A stretch of 64,000 bases of DNA from Fistulifera solaris (GCA_030295235.1 AP026132.1:1116001-1180000); one strand, 5' to 3'; shown: positions 11,786-24,307, counted from the first letter of the stretch. Notes: generated from the sequence alone by a model not told the origin. Numbers and translations: made by a program.

Positions 11786-13174
11786 ATGCCCAGGAAAACA
11801 TTCGTTCGCAAGCAACATAATCAAACAAATCGAGAAACTGAAGAAAGAATGCCAAGAATCTATAGGACAGGTCGATTGCTTGTCGATCGGCGATCTCGAC
11901 AGCACGGACTTGACAGGCAACCATTCACAGACACCCTCATGTGGACAACCAGAACATTTCTGATCTTCATTTTCATTGTGTTGGCTTTCGCTTCCCTTCG
12001 CATGCAGCTTGAGTATGGGTCTCGTAATACTGCTGTTAAAGATGTGGTTGATCAGTACACGTACGTGTCAACGGATGCTGCAGCACTGAGACTCCGCGGA
12101 ACGATTAATCATGATGAGTTCTTTCATACAAATCCTTCTACTTTTGGCTTACCCGAACAACTGAGGTTTCATCCTGCAGACTGGGAGACTGAAAAGAGTC
12201 GCTTAAAACTTCAGCCCATGTGGAGTTGCGACGATGACCCCAGCACACGACGGAACAAAGTATTTTATCTTCACATGTCGCGATCTGCTGGTTCGACAAT
12301 GCGTTCCTTGTTTCGTGCATACAGCAAAGTTTGTCAACGGAGCATAGCATCTGTAAACATTTGCGTTGATTTGGGGATCGAGAGTACTTTTGGGAATGAT
12401 CAATGGCAAAATGGGGAGCTAAGTCCGTATGCGGCAACGGAATGTTTGCTCAGTGGTCCAACAACACGAGAAGGCGATACGATAGAGTCTCAATTGAATG
12501 GCCGCGTGAGTTCACAATTTCTTGCAGACAACGATTTTGACATCTTAACAGGAAACATTCCACTTGGGTCGAATATGTGGACGGAACAGGCAGTATTGTA
12601 TGTGGCAATGATCCGACAGCCACTTGCTCGGTTTGTAAGTGAAATGATATTTCGATATGGATCGGAACGCATGAGCATTCCAGAGCTTGCGGCTCTCGTT
12701 CAAAGAACAACAACAACTAGGCTACAAAGAAAAAACTATCGTGACTCATACACAAGTTACTTCATTACACCGGAGCAAAAGAAATGGGCTGATGTCGAAA
12801 ACATTGAACTGACAACGGAAACGAGGACGAACTTGGCTCTTAACAATCTTGTGAGCAACAATATCCTCGTCGGCTTGGCGGAGAAACTTCCAGAAAGCTT
12901 ACAAATGCTTCAGTATGCCATTGATTCGAAAAATGAGGTGGATAACCTGTTTTCCTTCTTTGCCTCGCCCACAGAAACGGTAAGTGTAATGCAAGGCAAC
13001 AATCGAACCAAGGAAGTCATCAGGGCGATTGAAGAGGACGAGACTCTTCACTCCAATCTCCGCGAACTTTTAAAGTATGAAACAAAATTCTACGAATACG
13101 CGCAACAGCTTCATGAACATCAATACAAATGGATGCTCGAAGACTCAGGCAATAATAATACGCATGAAGGTTAA
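11786..13174 (+). CDS. Golgi-type sulfotransferase family protein (type II membrane)
   Basis: N-terminal TM helix; PAPS-binding-like motifs 'FYLHMSRSAGST' and 'IRQPLARFVSE'. The start may be the later ATG at ~11939. Confidence 0.7.
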   Translation: MPRKTFVRKQHNQTNRETEERMPRIYRTGRLLVDRRSRQHGLDRQPFTDTLMWTTRTFLIFIFIVLAFASLRMQLEYGSRNTAVKDVVDQYTYVSTDAAALRLRGTINHDEFFHTNPSTFGLPEQLRFHPADWETEKSRLKLQPMWSCDDDPSTRRNKVFYLHMSRSAGSTMRSLFRAYSKVCQRSIASVNICVDLGIESTFGNDQWQNGELSPYAATECLLSGPTTREGDTIESQLNGRVSSQFLADNDFDILTGNIPLGSNMWTEQAVLYVAMIRQPLARFVSEMIFRYGSERMSIPELAALVQRTTTTRLQRKNYRDSYTSYFITPEQKKWADVENIELTTETRTNLALNNLVSNNILVGLAEKLPESLQMLQYAIDSKNEVDNLFSFFASPTETVSVMQGNNRTKEVIRAIEEDETLHSNLRELLKYETKFYEYAQQLHEHQYKWMLEDSGNNNTHEG

Positions 13175-13234
13175 AAAATTGGAATAATTGAATAAAAGTT
13201 ATCATTACTTCTCTCCGTCAACTTTCTTTTAGCA

Positions 13235-15242
13235 TTATTGTTTAGCAGTTGCGGCTTGGTGAGTGAAACGCCTTTTCATATCAAGGCGCAAGACGCGGTC
13301 ATTTTCGGCTCGAAGGGATTTGTACAACGCTTCCGCCCTATCCAAGTTGGCATCTCCATCGTAAAAGGCTGATCGCAGTTGTAGCTTCGACATGCGCATA
13401 GCTGAGCGACCATCCATATTAGCGGGGATGACGCCACGAAGTAAACGCTTTCGTGCCATCCACTCCATGAGCTCTGTCCGACTCCATTGTTTTGGTCCTT
13501 TGGCGACAACTTCGTCGTCAGCAGAGACATTCATCGGACTTTTCACCACCTTCTTGTCTTCGACTGATTTCTTGGGTTCCCCTTCTGTGATGTTGCCGGC
13601 AATTAGCGTCGAGACGGTCTTCAACGTCTCCAAGGTATGCTCGGTGTCAGTGGCATTCGGTGCAACCGTGGCAATAATGGCCAAAGAATTCGAATCACTG
13701 ACCAGACTCTCACGTAACACTCGAGTTAGCAGATTGGAGCGGAAAGGTATATGGGCATTGTTTTTCTGTGAAGCCCGAATGCATTCCTTGAGCGCATAAA
13801 TACTAGCGTTGATCTCCGCACTTTCGGCTTGGCGGTGTTTATCATGGTAGATTCTGTCATTTTTTCGCTCCGTCCCCGCGCAATCCACCAGTGTCAACAG
13901 TCCTCCGTTGGCCAGACGAATCTGGTAGATCGCATGCGATCGACTCGAGACATCATTTTGTAATGTCGACTGCGTTGCCCGCCGTGATATGGCGGTCTCA
14001 AGAACGAACGCCAAATCTTCGGCACAACCAACATCTACGGCAAGAGCATTGACGTAGTGCACGGATCCGTCGAGTTGTTCCTGAATTTGAACAGACACTT
14101 TCTCGTCATCGGATAAAAGATCGCGACACGCTTTTCCAGCAAGCTCAAGCGACTGAACGAGAGCTGTGTTGACATGTGAAAACAATTGCTCCCCTAAAAG
14201 GCGTTGACAGGCCGACATGGTGTAGGTCTTTCCACTGCCAGTTTGTCCAAACATCATCAACGTCGCGGAACGCGATTGTTGAGACAGTACGCGTTCGACC
14301 AATGGAAAGAAAACTTGTTGGTACACCTGCTCGGAAGAAACGTCCGAGTCAAACACTTTCGTCCAATTATTGAAGACCACCGGCTGAACAATTTTCGTAT
14401 TCATATCGGCCGCCATTTGCGTACGATACACAATTACATCCGAGTTGTCGCCCATCGATACCACGTTAAAGTCACCACGCTGTTCCTCGTGTGAAAACAT
14501 GGGTCTTTTCCGTACGAACGCATGAATGGATTTGGAAGATGGCGAGCTTAATTCGGGCGTGTCGGGTACGTTGCAGTCGACAATCAAGGAAGTGAACTCG
14601 CGTGAGTATCGCAAGCGTGCCGAGCGCTTATCCAGATTGCGCCGGGTGGCGATACCATCACTTTCGGAAGCCGAATTTGCGACACAGTTCAGAGGAGTTC
14701 GACCATGCGCGGAATTGATGGGTGAAATTTTGACACTCTCCGAATTGTATTCATCGTGGGGGTAATACTCAAGCGCTTGTCGTTTTTCTTGTTTGTCGAA
14801 GCTGAGTATTCTGACATTGTAGCGACTTTTCGGTTCGACTTTTTTCTTGGATCGACGCCGGGTTGCGTGATTGTCAGTGGCGTAAGCTTGGTTGTGGTTG
14901 TGCTAGAATTCATAGGCGAAGGAGTGAACGTAGTATCTTCCGTTTGATTGACTTCGGTGGGAGTGAGGATACTAAGCTTGAGAGGAGAACGCGGAGATTT
15001 CGATCCGAGGCGATGAATATTCCGTTCCATTCGTTGCCTGCTGCTCGAGTATGAAGCGTCAGTCACTTTTGGAGACACAGTTTTGGCATTCTTTGGCACA
15101 TTATCGGTGTTCAAAATTTGCTGACGGATTTGTAGAGCCACAGGCGATGGAGTCGTTTTCACCTTTCGAGCGGTTGCTTTCTTTTGACTCCTTCCGAGCC
15201 CCGGAAATCGAGATCTTCAAATGAAGTGACAATTTTCGGCAT
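13235..15242 (-). CDS. Kinesin-13-like motor protein (frameshifts near 15190 and 14760)
   Basis: Motifs 'VRKRP', 'GQTGSGKTYT', 'NDVSSRSH', 'LVDCAGTER', 'AEINASIYALKECIRA', 'HIPFRSNLLTRVLRES'. Internal motor domain follows a low-complexity N-terminus (ORF 14689..15162). The 5' extent is less certain. Confidence 0.85.
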
Positions 15243-15741
15243 GATCGATAGATGACAATTCTTCGACACACTGATTAGTCGCGTAAGTAGCGAATAAGGA
15301 GCAGAGCTTAACGGCGAGAAACGATTATCTCACTTCCTTAGATGGAATTCTAACTTAAATACGATGCAATTCAATTTAATAAACGCAACAAAAATGCGAG
15401 TGTTATGTGTTGTCGTTTTTGTTGCGCTCTTTTCGAAACGCGCCAGCAGGCCCATCTGCGTAAATTTTGTTTATGATGGAAACGACCTATGGGACTTACT
15501 TAGCGACGAGTGGTTTTCGTTTTCTTATAGGTTTTCGGATTCGAGAGTATAGCCGGCGTGTGTAGGCTCTAGTTTCGCTGTGACGCAAAGCTCGTCACAC
15601 TAAAACTCACAAATCACAAAACGCCTTCGCTTCTTTGTACAGTACTCAGTAAGGCTTATTGTTTTCCATAAAGCATATCGCATGCTGCAACAAGAGGAAC
15701 AACAAATGCACTTGTAAGCTTACTTGTAATGACTTGAAACG

Positions 15742-16734
15742 ATGGATAACAGTCAGCAATGTGAGCTCGAAACCCTCAAAGCCAAGGTGTTCACAGTCAC
15801 GTACTCTGCAAAAGATGTGATCTTATTCGCTTTAGCGGTGGGCTTTGGTGCGGACGAAGAATGTTATGATCGCCACCTTCGTTATCTGCACGAAGAGCAT
15901 GAAGAGTTTGAAGTAGTGCCTCTTTGGGGTCTCGCTTTACCTTTCTGGGCTCATCAGAACGGAGCACGACCGCTGCTTCCTCCATTTCCTCCTCCCTTAA
16001 TGTCTCACATGGGGCTAATTCCGCAATCGCATCTACGCGAGCAAGAAGTAGATTTACAAGATTATCCCGTCCTTCACACGTTTCAGTCCATCGAATGGCA
16101 TTCACCATTTCCTCCTGCTTCCAAAGACTCGTCTATAACATTAAACCTACATCCTTCATTCAAATCGATTCAACCTAAATCGATCGGTACCTTCGTTACA
16201 ACGGAAAGTATCGTCGTTCATCAAACGACTCCAATTTGTTCGATCCAGTCAACGGCTCTGATTCTGGGACTACCGCCCGATTATGTCATTTCACATTCAG
16301 CACCCCAAAGGTTCTCGAACAGTTGGAAATCGATGACTCGCACTTCAGAAAAAGGCGCGGTGTGGATGGAAAAGACGCAGAAAATTAATTCCAACGTGGC
16401 ACTGCTTTATCGAATCGCCAGTGGCGATACCAATCATATCCACGTATTACCCGGTGTCACCGAAAAGCCCCTGTTGCACGGATTGTGTACTTTGGCGATG
16501 GCCGCCACGTTCATTCTGCAACAAATACCGGACGGCACTCCGAAAACGCTGGAAGGCCACTTTACCAAACCAGTCTTGGTCAATGATACCATTCACATTA
16601 AAGTATGGAAACAACGAGAGACTTTGGAATTTGATTTCGTTGTTTACAATCAAACAAAGGGAGAAGTTTGCCTCGATCACGGCTACTTTGCATTGAAGCG
16701 AAGAGAAGAGTGTGGGAAACGATCTCGGCTATGA
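15742..16734 (+). CDS. Peroxisomal MaoC/hot-dog enoyl-CoA hydratase 2-like protein
   Basis: Motifs 'YSAKDVILFALAVG', 'LYRIASGDTNHIH', 'LLHGLCT', 'FTKPV'; C-terminal PTS1 'SRL'. Confidence 0.85.
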   Translation: MDNSQQCELETLKAKVFTVTYSAKDVILFALAVGFGADEECYDRHLRYLHEEHEEFEVVPLWGLALPFWAHQNGARPLLPPFPPPLMSHMGLIPQSHLREQEVDLQDYPVLHTFQSIEWHSPFPPASKDSSITLNLHPSFKSIQPKSIGTFVTTESIVVHQTTPICSIQSTALILGLPPDYVISHSAPQRFSNSWKSMTRTSEKGAVWMEKTQKINSNVALLYRIASGDTNHIHVLPGVTEKPLLHGLCTLAMAATFILQQIPDGTPKTLEGHFTKPVLVNDTIHIKVWKQRETLEFDFVVYNQTKGEVCLDHGYFALKRREECGKRSRL

Positions 16735-17109
16735 GGGTGAAACGGCTATGAAGGTGAAACGAGCTTAATTGGTAAGTGCGTTTTGGGAGAATCATGCTGT
16801 TCCGCGCTTGTCGTTCACGTCTTGCGACGTGGAGGGCGAAAAATATGATTTAAACGGAAAGATATTTAACAGACATAGCCGGTACCATGTTTAAAGATAC
16901 ATCACAAGCGATCTTTACTTGGCAATATCCGCGTAACTTAATGAAATCAGCTGAATTCAAAAGGCTACCGTCAAAAAGCACTACATTTGGATATGAATGA
17001 GACATTGTTTCTAAAACATTACGTCGTTAACTAGTACCGAGATCATTCTATGCCCGACACGTTGTGAATTTCATTTTTGTAATAGTAAACAGGAAATTCA
17101 ATGTAGTGG

Positions 17110-18435
17110 ATTAATTGATACGAAACCCAAACACCGATTCAGGATTTCTGGAACGTGCACAAAATCATTGTGCGACGCAAAGCACCCTCACCAGAATATC
17201 TGGAAGACGCACAGAATGTCTGCGCGACCCAAACCACATATTCCAAAATTTCTGGAATGCACAAAATCATTGTTTGACGGATCATTGTTTGACGGAGAGC
17301 CCCGATCCCGAAATGTCTGAATCGTGCGCAGAATCACTGTTCCAGCCCCATTTACCTAATTAAATATTCATGGAAGCCTCGCAGAATTTCGGCTCGACAC
17401 AATACACCGAGTCCAGATTTTCTGGACCTATCGCAGAATTTCTGTGTGACCGAAATACTGATTCCAGAATTTCTGGAATGAGGGAAAATGTTATCTGAAA
17501 CCCAAACACCGATCCCAGAGTTTCTGGAACATGCACAATATCATTGTGCGACGCAGAGCATCTTATCCAAAGTATCTGGAAGTCTCACAGAATAGCTGCA
17601 CGACCCAAAAGACCAATTCCAGAATTTCTGGAAACTGTGCCAGCCCCATTAACCCAATCCAAAATACTTGGAATCCACGCAGAATTTCGGTTAGACACAA
17701 TACACCGAGTCCAGATTTTCTGGACCTATCGCAGAATTTCTGTGTGACCGAAATACTGATTCCAGAATTTCTGGAATGAGGGAAAATGTTATCTGAAACC
17801 CAAACACCGATCCCAGAGTTTCTGGAACGTGCACAATATCATTGTGCGACGCAGAGCATCTTATCCAAAGTATCTGGAAGTCTCACAGAATTGCTGCAAG
17901 ACCCAAAAGACCGATTCCAGAATTTCTGGAAATTGCACAAAATCATTGTTTGACGGAGAGCCCCGATCCCGAAATGTCTGAATCGTGCACAGAATCACTG
18001 TTCCAGCCCCATTTACCTAATTTTAAATATTCATGGAAGCCTCGCAGAATTTCGGCTCGACACAATACACCGAGTCCAGATTTTCTGGACCTATCGCAGA
18101 ATTTCTGTGTGACCGAAACACTGATTCCAGAATTTCTGGAATGATGGAAAATGTTATCTAAAACCCAAACACCGATCCCAGAGTTTCTGGAACGTGCACA
18201 ATATCATTGTGCGACGCAGAGCATCTTATCCAAAATATCTGGAAGTCTCACAGAATTGCTGCAAGACCCAAAAGACCGATTCCAGAATTTCTGGAAATTG
18301 CACAAAATCATTGTTTGACGGAGAGCCCCGATCCCGAAATGTCTGAATCGTGCACAGAATCACTGTTCCAGCCCCATTTACCTAATTTTAAATATTCATG
18401 GAAGCCTCGCAGAATTTCGGTTCGACACAATACAA
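17110..18435. repeat. Tandem satellite array 2: ~52 bp subunits, higher-order period 365 bp (7 subunits) plus one 298 bp variant; same family as array 1, opposite orientation
   Basis: 'ttccagaatttctggaatg' occurs at 17462, 17760 and 18125. Core variants recur every ~52 bp. The sequence aligns by eye with the reverse complement of array 1. Confidence 0.93.
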
Positions 18436-18784
18436 AAATAAATGTTCGGCTTCACAGTCTCATAAATAATAATCAAGATCTCAAGCTAAGCCGTCTTCGT
18501 CCCGCAGATAACAGTGCGACAGAGTATGTACAGTTTAGGTTACAGTATTACGAATTTGAATTTTTATTATTCAACGTCGCCACTTTCTTTACACAAGAGT
18601 GGACCGTTGAACGTTGAAGGCTCACAATTTCGAAAACGAAGAAGAACAACAACAACAACAACAAACCTCTTTGCAACTAATTCGTCGCTCACTTGTGCAC
18701 CGGAACTTTTGTGACACGATTGATATTAAATGAATAGTCAAGAAGTATAAAAAGTTTTCGTTTTGCTGAAATTTATGTGGCATC

Positions 18785-19960
18785 ATGGACCTATCTTCCG
18801 ATAAAAGCACACTTGAATATAGCTTTGCACGGAAGCCTCGGCCGCACTCGGTGTGGTCAGGTTCTGATGAGTCATTCGTCAATAACTTATCGAATTTAAA
18901 ACAGGAGAACCGAGACGAGGAAGATCCGTCGATAGAAGGTAAACATGAAAGAAATTGCGGATTTCTCTCATTCTATACGACGCTCGGATGTTGCGCATTA
19001 GGGCCCACACAGGAGACTATCACGATGACGGAAAAACCGAAGTGCCCATGCTGCCAGCAATCTCTTGACAATAGAATTCTAACATTGAGTGAGCCACGCT
19101 TACCACTTCATCGGACACCGTCGCTTTTTATGTCGTCGGATGAGGATAACTCGGATGTCGAGAACGTGGATGGTGATTTGCTTCCCGGAACAATGGCTGC
19201 TGGCATAAATTATTACCCAACAAGTGTGGTTGTCCAAGGCTGGCTACATAAGAAAGGTACGGGCAACGACTGGTTGGGTAACACATCCTGGAAAGCTCGA
19301 TGGGCTCGCATGATCATGGCCAAAGTAGACGGATATAGTTGTGAGGTTCCACTGTTGCAATTATACTGGCATTCATCAGCGCCTATCCCCTCCACTGTGA
19401 TATTACTGGAATCTACTGTAGTGCTAGCCATGGATCTTTCTGATAAAAATCAATGGGACAGCTATCAGCTTGAGATCCGTCATGCTGCAACGAAAGAGAA
19501 TCCCACGATTTCAGCCACTCGCATATTTACTGCACCGAAACACTCGCGCGATATATGGGTATACATGATAAGTGAAGCATTGTTTTCTTTTGAAAAGAAT
19601 CTGGCCGCCCACAAGAGAAGCATGATGTCAACGACAAGGGTATTTTTCAGATCAGCCGCGTTGCCAACGGATAACAGCATCACAACAAACAATAATCCTA
19701 CGAAAGAAAGTCCAGTCGATCGTGCCATGTCTCCGATAGTGGGACTTTCGAGTCGTCCGAGTCATCTTCCACGAGCGCAACGGACGAATCGTCGCAGTAG
19801 CAAGCACACCGACTCTTCTCGCGTCCCCAGAGTTCGTAGGCAAGCGAAAGAGGACGACGAAGCTCTTGTAAAGTCCGACGCAAGCACGGTTACTAATGAG
19901 TGGCATGTTTATCCCTCTGCCCTTGCTCCGTCGAGGTCAGAGAGTCAAGCTCAGCCATAA
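18785..19960 (+). CDS. PH-domain-containing protein
   Basis: Motifs 'VVQGWLHKKGTG...SWKARW' and 'IFTAPKHSRDIWVYMISEA'. Confidence 0.75.
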   Translation: MDLSSDKSTLEYSFARKPRPHSVWSGSDESFVNNLSNLKQENRDEEDPSIEGKHERNCGFLSFYTTLGCCALGPTQETITMTEKPKCPCCQQSLDNRILTLSEPRLPLHRTPSLFMSSDEDNSDVENVDGDLLPGTMAAGINYYPTSVVVQGWLHKKGTGNDWLGNTSWKARWARMIMAKVDGYSCEVPLLQLYWHSSAPIPSTVILLESTVVLAMDLSDKNQWDSYQLEIRHAATKENPTISATRIFTAPKHSRDIWVYMISEALFSFEKNLAAHKRSMMSTTRVFFRSAALPTDNSITTNNNPTKESPVDRAMSPIVGLSSRPSHLPRAQRTNRRSSKHTDSSRVPRVRRQAKEDDEALVKSDASTVTNEWHVYPSALAPSRSESQAQP

Positions 19961-19975
19961 AACATATGTAAAAAC

Positions 19976-20671
19976 TCATCCAGTTCTCTTATGAATTCTT
20001 TCGTCTCTGATCAATAATGGGCAGTCTACTTCTCCTGACCAATATTTGTGCCCAGGTTTGCGTCTCCGTAAAGCTTTTCCAAACAAACGTCCGTATAGCA
20101 CTTTATTTTCAGCAGGTCTGAGTATCTTGGCAGTCCAATTATCCCGAGCATTATCTCTTCCTTTGCAAAGGGGAAGCGTGTGCACAGTCAACATACCGTG
20201 AATGTTACCAAACACAATATCGGTAAGCAAGCGATCCCCTACCATGCAAAGTTTAGCCGGATCTGTCATTGCAAAATGTTGCAAAACCTCTTCCAATCCG
20301 CCTGGCTTCTTTTCTTTGTGTCGTATTACAGAAATTCCCAATGCCTCTTCTATTTGAAGGGCGTCACGAAAATCAGGATCATCTTGCACAGTGCCCGCGG
20401 AATTGCTCAAAATAGCGACACGCTCTTTCCCAAAGACATCCAAAACACGTTGCAGTCCGTCCGATGCATCAGGATGTACGCACGAGCCGTAGGGCGCCGT
20501 CAACGTGTTGTCCTTGTCGAAAATAACTGCCTCAATACCGGCGCATCTCTTTAGTGCATCGTAATTAATCTGGGAGACGGTCGGCACGGAAAGATGAGGG
20601 ACCAGCAGAGCTGGACGACGAGCCACGGACGCTAATGTCAGAATGGCTTTGGAATTCACCGACTGCACCAT
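19976..20671 (-). CDS. GEP4: HAD IIIA phosphatidylglycerophosphatase (GEP4/YqeG-like)
   Basis: Motifs 'VIFDKDNTLTAP', 'ILSNSAG', 'KKPG', 'MVGDRLLTDIVFGN'. ATG at 20671. Confidence 0.88.
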   Translation of the reverse strand: MVQSVNSKAILTLASVARRPALLVPHLSVPTVSQINYDALKRCAGIEAVIFDKDNTLTAPYGSCVHPDASDGLQRVLDVFGKERVAILSNSAGTVQDDPDFRDALQIEEALGISVIRHKEKKPGGLEEVLQHFAMTDPAKLCMVGDRLLTDIVFGNIHGMLTVHTLPLCKGRDNARDNWTAKILRPAENKVLYGRLFGKALRRRKPGHKYWSGEVDCPLLIRDERIHKRTG

Positions 20672-21018
20672 GATTGTAAACAGCGAAGAGCAAAACAATC
20701 GATAATTCAATTCTATCAATATGTTCTATGAAAGCAAAGCGGGCAGCGGTGATAGCGAAAGCTTAATAAAATGAATAAACCGAATGATGCGTATGAAGTG
20801 ATATCTATTGCAATACTTTGACACACAGCAAACTCATCTTCAAATAATAATCTATTTATAATGGGCCGAGGCTTGTGAGTGTTTGTGTGTGTTTTCCGGT
20901 TTTGCTTGGTCGAGATTTCCTCTTGTTCCGCTTCATAGTCTAAACACCACTCAGTCTAATTTTCTGGATATGTGAAGTGAAATTCCGGACGACGACTGAC
21001 TCCTCCAAGATGATTGTT

Positions 21019-21498
21019 TTTACTGTCGTCAAAAGTGTAAAACAATCATCTTATCCACGACTGCACTTCAGTCATGAATCCATATTCATTCTTGCAACAT
21101 TGCAGCCTACAGTTCGTTCGTTCAGCAAAATATGTTGTAATAGAAAAGTTTTAGCATCATTTGCATTACACATCATTAATTTTCATGTCTAAGAGCCTTG
21201 CGAAACGGTGTCTTCAGTATTTACTATGGTCCAAAGTGTTTTGTCCGTATTTCGCCACGACTGCATTTCAGTCATGAATCAATAAAAAATTCCAGCGACA
21301 ATGCTGCCCACAAATCGTTCTTTAGCAAAGTATCTTGATCTTCATTTGTTAGTTCAATGAAATAGTCTCATAGCAGCGTTTGCATTACACGTCATTATAT
21401 CTTACGTCGAATAGCCTTGCGAAACGTTGACTTCCGTATTTACTATGGACCCAAAGTGATAGTTTACGGAGACCACGACTGTAATTCAGTCATGAGTC
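21019..21498 (+). repeat. Dispersed repeat family C: three hairpin cores separated by two bodies
   Basis: 'ccacgactg...cagtcatga' at 21055, 21255 and 21473. The bodies share 'agc(g/a)..tttgcattacac' and 'agccttgcgaaacg'. Confidence 0.85.
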
Positions 21499-21956
21499 GT
21501 CATGAATCCATACGTATACGTGCGATTACAGCACACTTCCAGATTTTCTGGGTATGACAAAACACCACACTGCCAGAGTTTCTGGGTAATTGTGTGGTAA
21601 TGCTGCTCAGATTTTGTTCATGCATGGCAAAATATACGGACGTGCAATGCAAACCAATGCAAGCGACACGGATGATCATTTCATTGTGATAGCGAGACTT
21701 GTAGCTTACCAAGCTAGCAAACGGAAGGATGTACGGTACCGGTACCAACAAATAATGAAATCGTGACTTTGTGACACCACTTGTGTACGACGTACAGACG
21801 AGGGTGGAGGTTTTGTTGATGTTGAACAAGTTTTGAAGAAAATGTTTGTTCGAAAAGACATCATCATTTGCATCGAAGGACTTTCAAGGAAACACATCTT
21901 AAGTCGTTCAATTTGTAAATTGCGTACAAGACAGCCTTTTTACTGCTATACGTATC

Positions 21957-24237
21957 ATGAAATCCTACTATCTCTACGATGCGAGTCAACTTATGCAGCA
22001 AAGTCTGAACGAACTTCAAGAAATTATCGAGGCGAGTGAAGCCACTCGCCGCTCTCACCATACTTTATATGATCTGCGAGAAGCACTCTTGGTCACGGAA
22101 CGGCAGCTTCATCAACACGTTCATTCGATGCTCGACAGTGATTCGAGAGTCTTTCGAAATGTTGCGGAACAGTCTCTCTTGTCGTTAGTGGAGTCACTGC
22201 GTTTACAAGAAGAAAAAAGGAAACGAACCAGCCAGAGCAGCGGCACACATTATACCACAGATGTTCCTTTCGTCTACTATCCGACCAGAAATGCTACAGA
22301 TTCGTTAATGTTTCGTTTGATTGTCATTTTGCAGCTTTGTGTCGTGCGAATCGGTGATGCCAGAATTACATTAACGAATATTCGAAAGAAAGAGGATTCT
22401 GCTTTTCTGCAAGGAAGAGACTCATTCGTTTTAGCACCCTTGGCTCTTGGGACCAGTTGGGTATTGTCAAAGGTACCCGCGCGCAAGCTGATCGCATATT
22501 CGAACAACAGGCTTCACTTTTCGCGACCACGAGTATTCGACGATGCGGACTGGACGGCCATCGCTTCGACACTCGTACAAGCAGGATTTGCGGTAGCCAG
22601 TGCCTTTTGGCTCAAACAAAAATGGGGTATGCTTTGGCTGACGACCAAACTAGCCAAGACAACGGCGGATTTCGAAGCATGGAATCGTCAATGGTTCATG
22701 GTACAGAGCACTCCTGGAGTGACTAGGACGAATAGTAATGATGAGGAAGATGCGAGTGCACAAGACTCAACAAAGTCTAAGCGCTTGATTGAATACGCCT
22801 TGAAAGCTACGCCAAAGGTATGCACCGTTGACTTTAAATTTGTTGTTGGTAGTCGTCTCTTACACATTGACGACGTTTCGTTATGATAGGTTTCTTTGTG
22901 GCATTCGCAAGGGGAGTTACGCTTTTTGATGTTAAAGCGAGCAATGGATGTTTTCTATGCTTCGGTTGATACAGCCATGCAAGTGACCAAGGGAACTGCC
23001 GAGGCTGACACTGCCAGTTGGCAAATTACCTTGACAACAGCTGCGGTGGCTTCTTTCTATAACCTTATTGGGGCGAGAAGAAGGGCTGAAGAGGCTACGT
23101 CTTCTTCGGAAAGAGCCCGATATTTGATCCAGCATGCGTGGGGAATGGTTTCTTTACCAGCTTTGAAAACTATCTCACTTCAAGCGTCCAAGTTTTTAAA
23201 AGGGGCTTCTGTTGCTGACCGAATTGAAGTCGCCGGCGTACCTTGTTTTGTGTTGTCTCGGGATCCGGCGCCTGAACTGGCGGCTGCCATACGACGTTAT
23301 CACTGTAAGTCCGGCCAGAAAGGCACAATGAACAAACTTTCCACTATTGATGAACAAGAAGAAACAACACCAGCACCCTATACTGCCAACAAGAAACCCT
23401 TCGCACGATCCAATACTCGGTATCGACAGCGTGACATTATTTTACATCTGACGGGGGCGGCTTTTTCGCACATATTATAGCGTCAGATCTACCGTTTCTT
23501 CTCGATTGGAGCGCTTCGACTGGGGCATGTGTAATTTGTCCAGAATACTCCTTATTGCCCGAGCACACATTCCCTGACGCGCTACTCGAAGTCGAAGCGG
23601 TCTACCGCGCGCTCCAGTCCCATGAAGGTGTGCACGCGTTAGGATTTGAACCCAATCGAATTATTCTAACGGGAGAGTCGGCAGGAGGTAACTTGGCAGC
23701 TGCACTCTGTGTAAAGCTGTGTATGGATGCCACGGGCATTCCAATATGTCTATCAACTCCCACACCCGGAGCCGGAACCTCCAGTAACAATCCCAATTAT
23801 GAGTCCTGTCTGCCCTGCGCCTTGGTGCTGTCTTGCCCTGTGTTAAACTTGACCATGGAAACGAGCTATTCGCGCGTTGTAGGAAGCAACGATCCTGTCC
23901 TTCCACATGGACTGATCTCCGCCATCTGCAACGCGTACGGCGCGGGTATCAACAAGACCGACCCACTGGTATCACCTTACTTTGCCGCCGATTCTGTTCT
24001 CGAACGGTTTCCACCAACTCTCTTTTTGCCAGCTCGAACGATCCTCTCTTGGATGATGCCGTGGCTCTGAATCAACGTCTGCGCAGTTTGGGCGTCGAAT
24101 CCTATCTCCGCGCGGCACAGAATCTCCCGCATGCCTATTTAGGATTGGGTACCGCAGGATTCCCCGAAGCACAAGAAGTGCAGCGGCAATTGATTGATTG
24201 GTTGAACTTTCAATTGCACCGTGACGATGCGGAGTAA
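21957..24237 (+). CDS. Hormone-sensitive-lipase-like alpha/beta hydrolase (1 intron; frameshifts near 23455 and 24025)
   Basis: 'LHLTGGGF' (after repair), 'PEHTFPDAL', nucleophile 'GESAGGNL', 'DPLVSP', 'DPLLDD', 'LPHAYL'. Intron ~22818-22890. Confidence 0.85.
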
Positions 24238-24307
24238 CACGTCGCCGGGAGCGTACTTTCTTTTCTATTTTGTATTTTCAATAGAAACTGTAATTTGCCG
24301 TTTTGTT

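Noticed and set aside
17110..18435. CRISPR-like appearance (palindromic repeat plus ~35-bp 'spacers') here and at 1310-3250
   Set aside because: The spacers are homologous to each other and recur in higher-order units, the repeats are short and degenerate, no cas genes are present and the context is eukaryotic. It is a satellite.
19960..19976. Very tight convergent gene ends (15 bp apart)
   Set aside because: Overlapping 3' UTRs are ordinary in compact diatom genomes.
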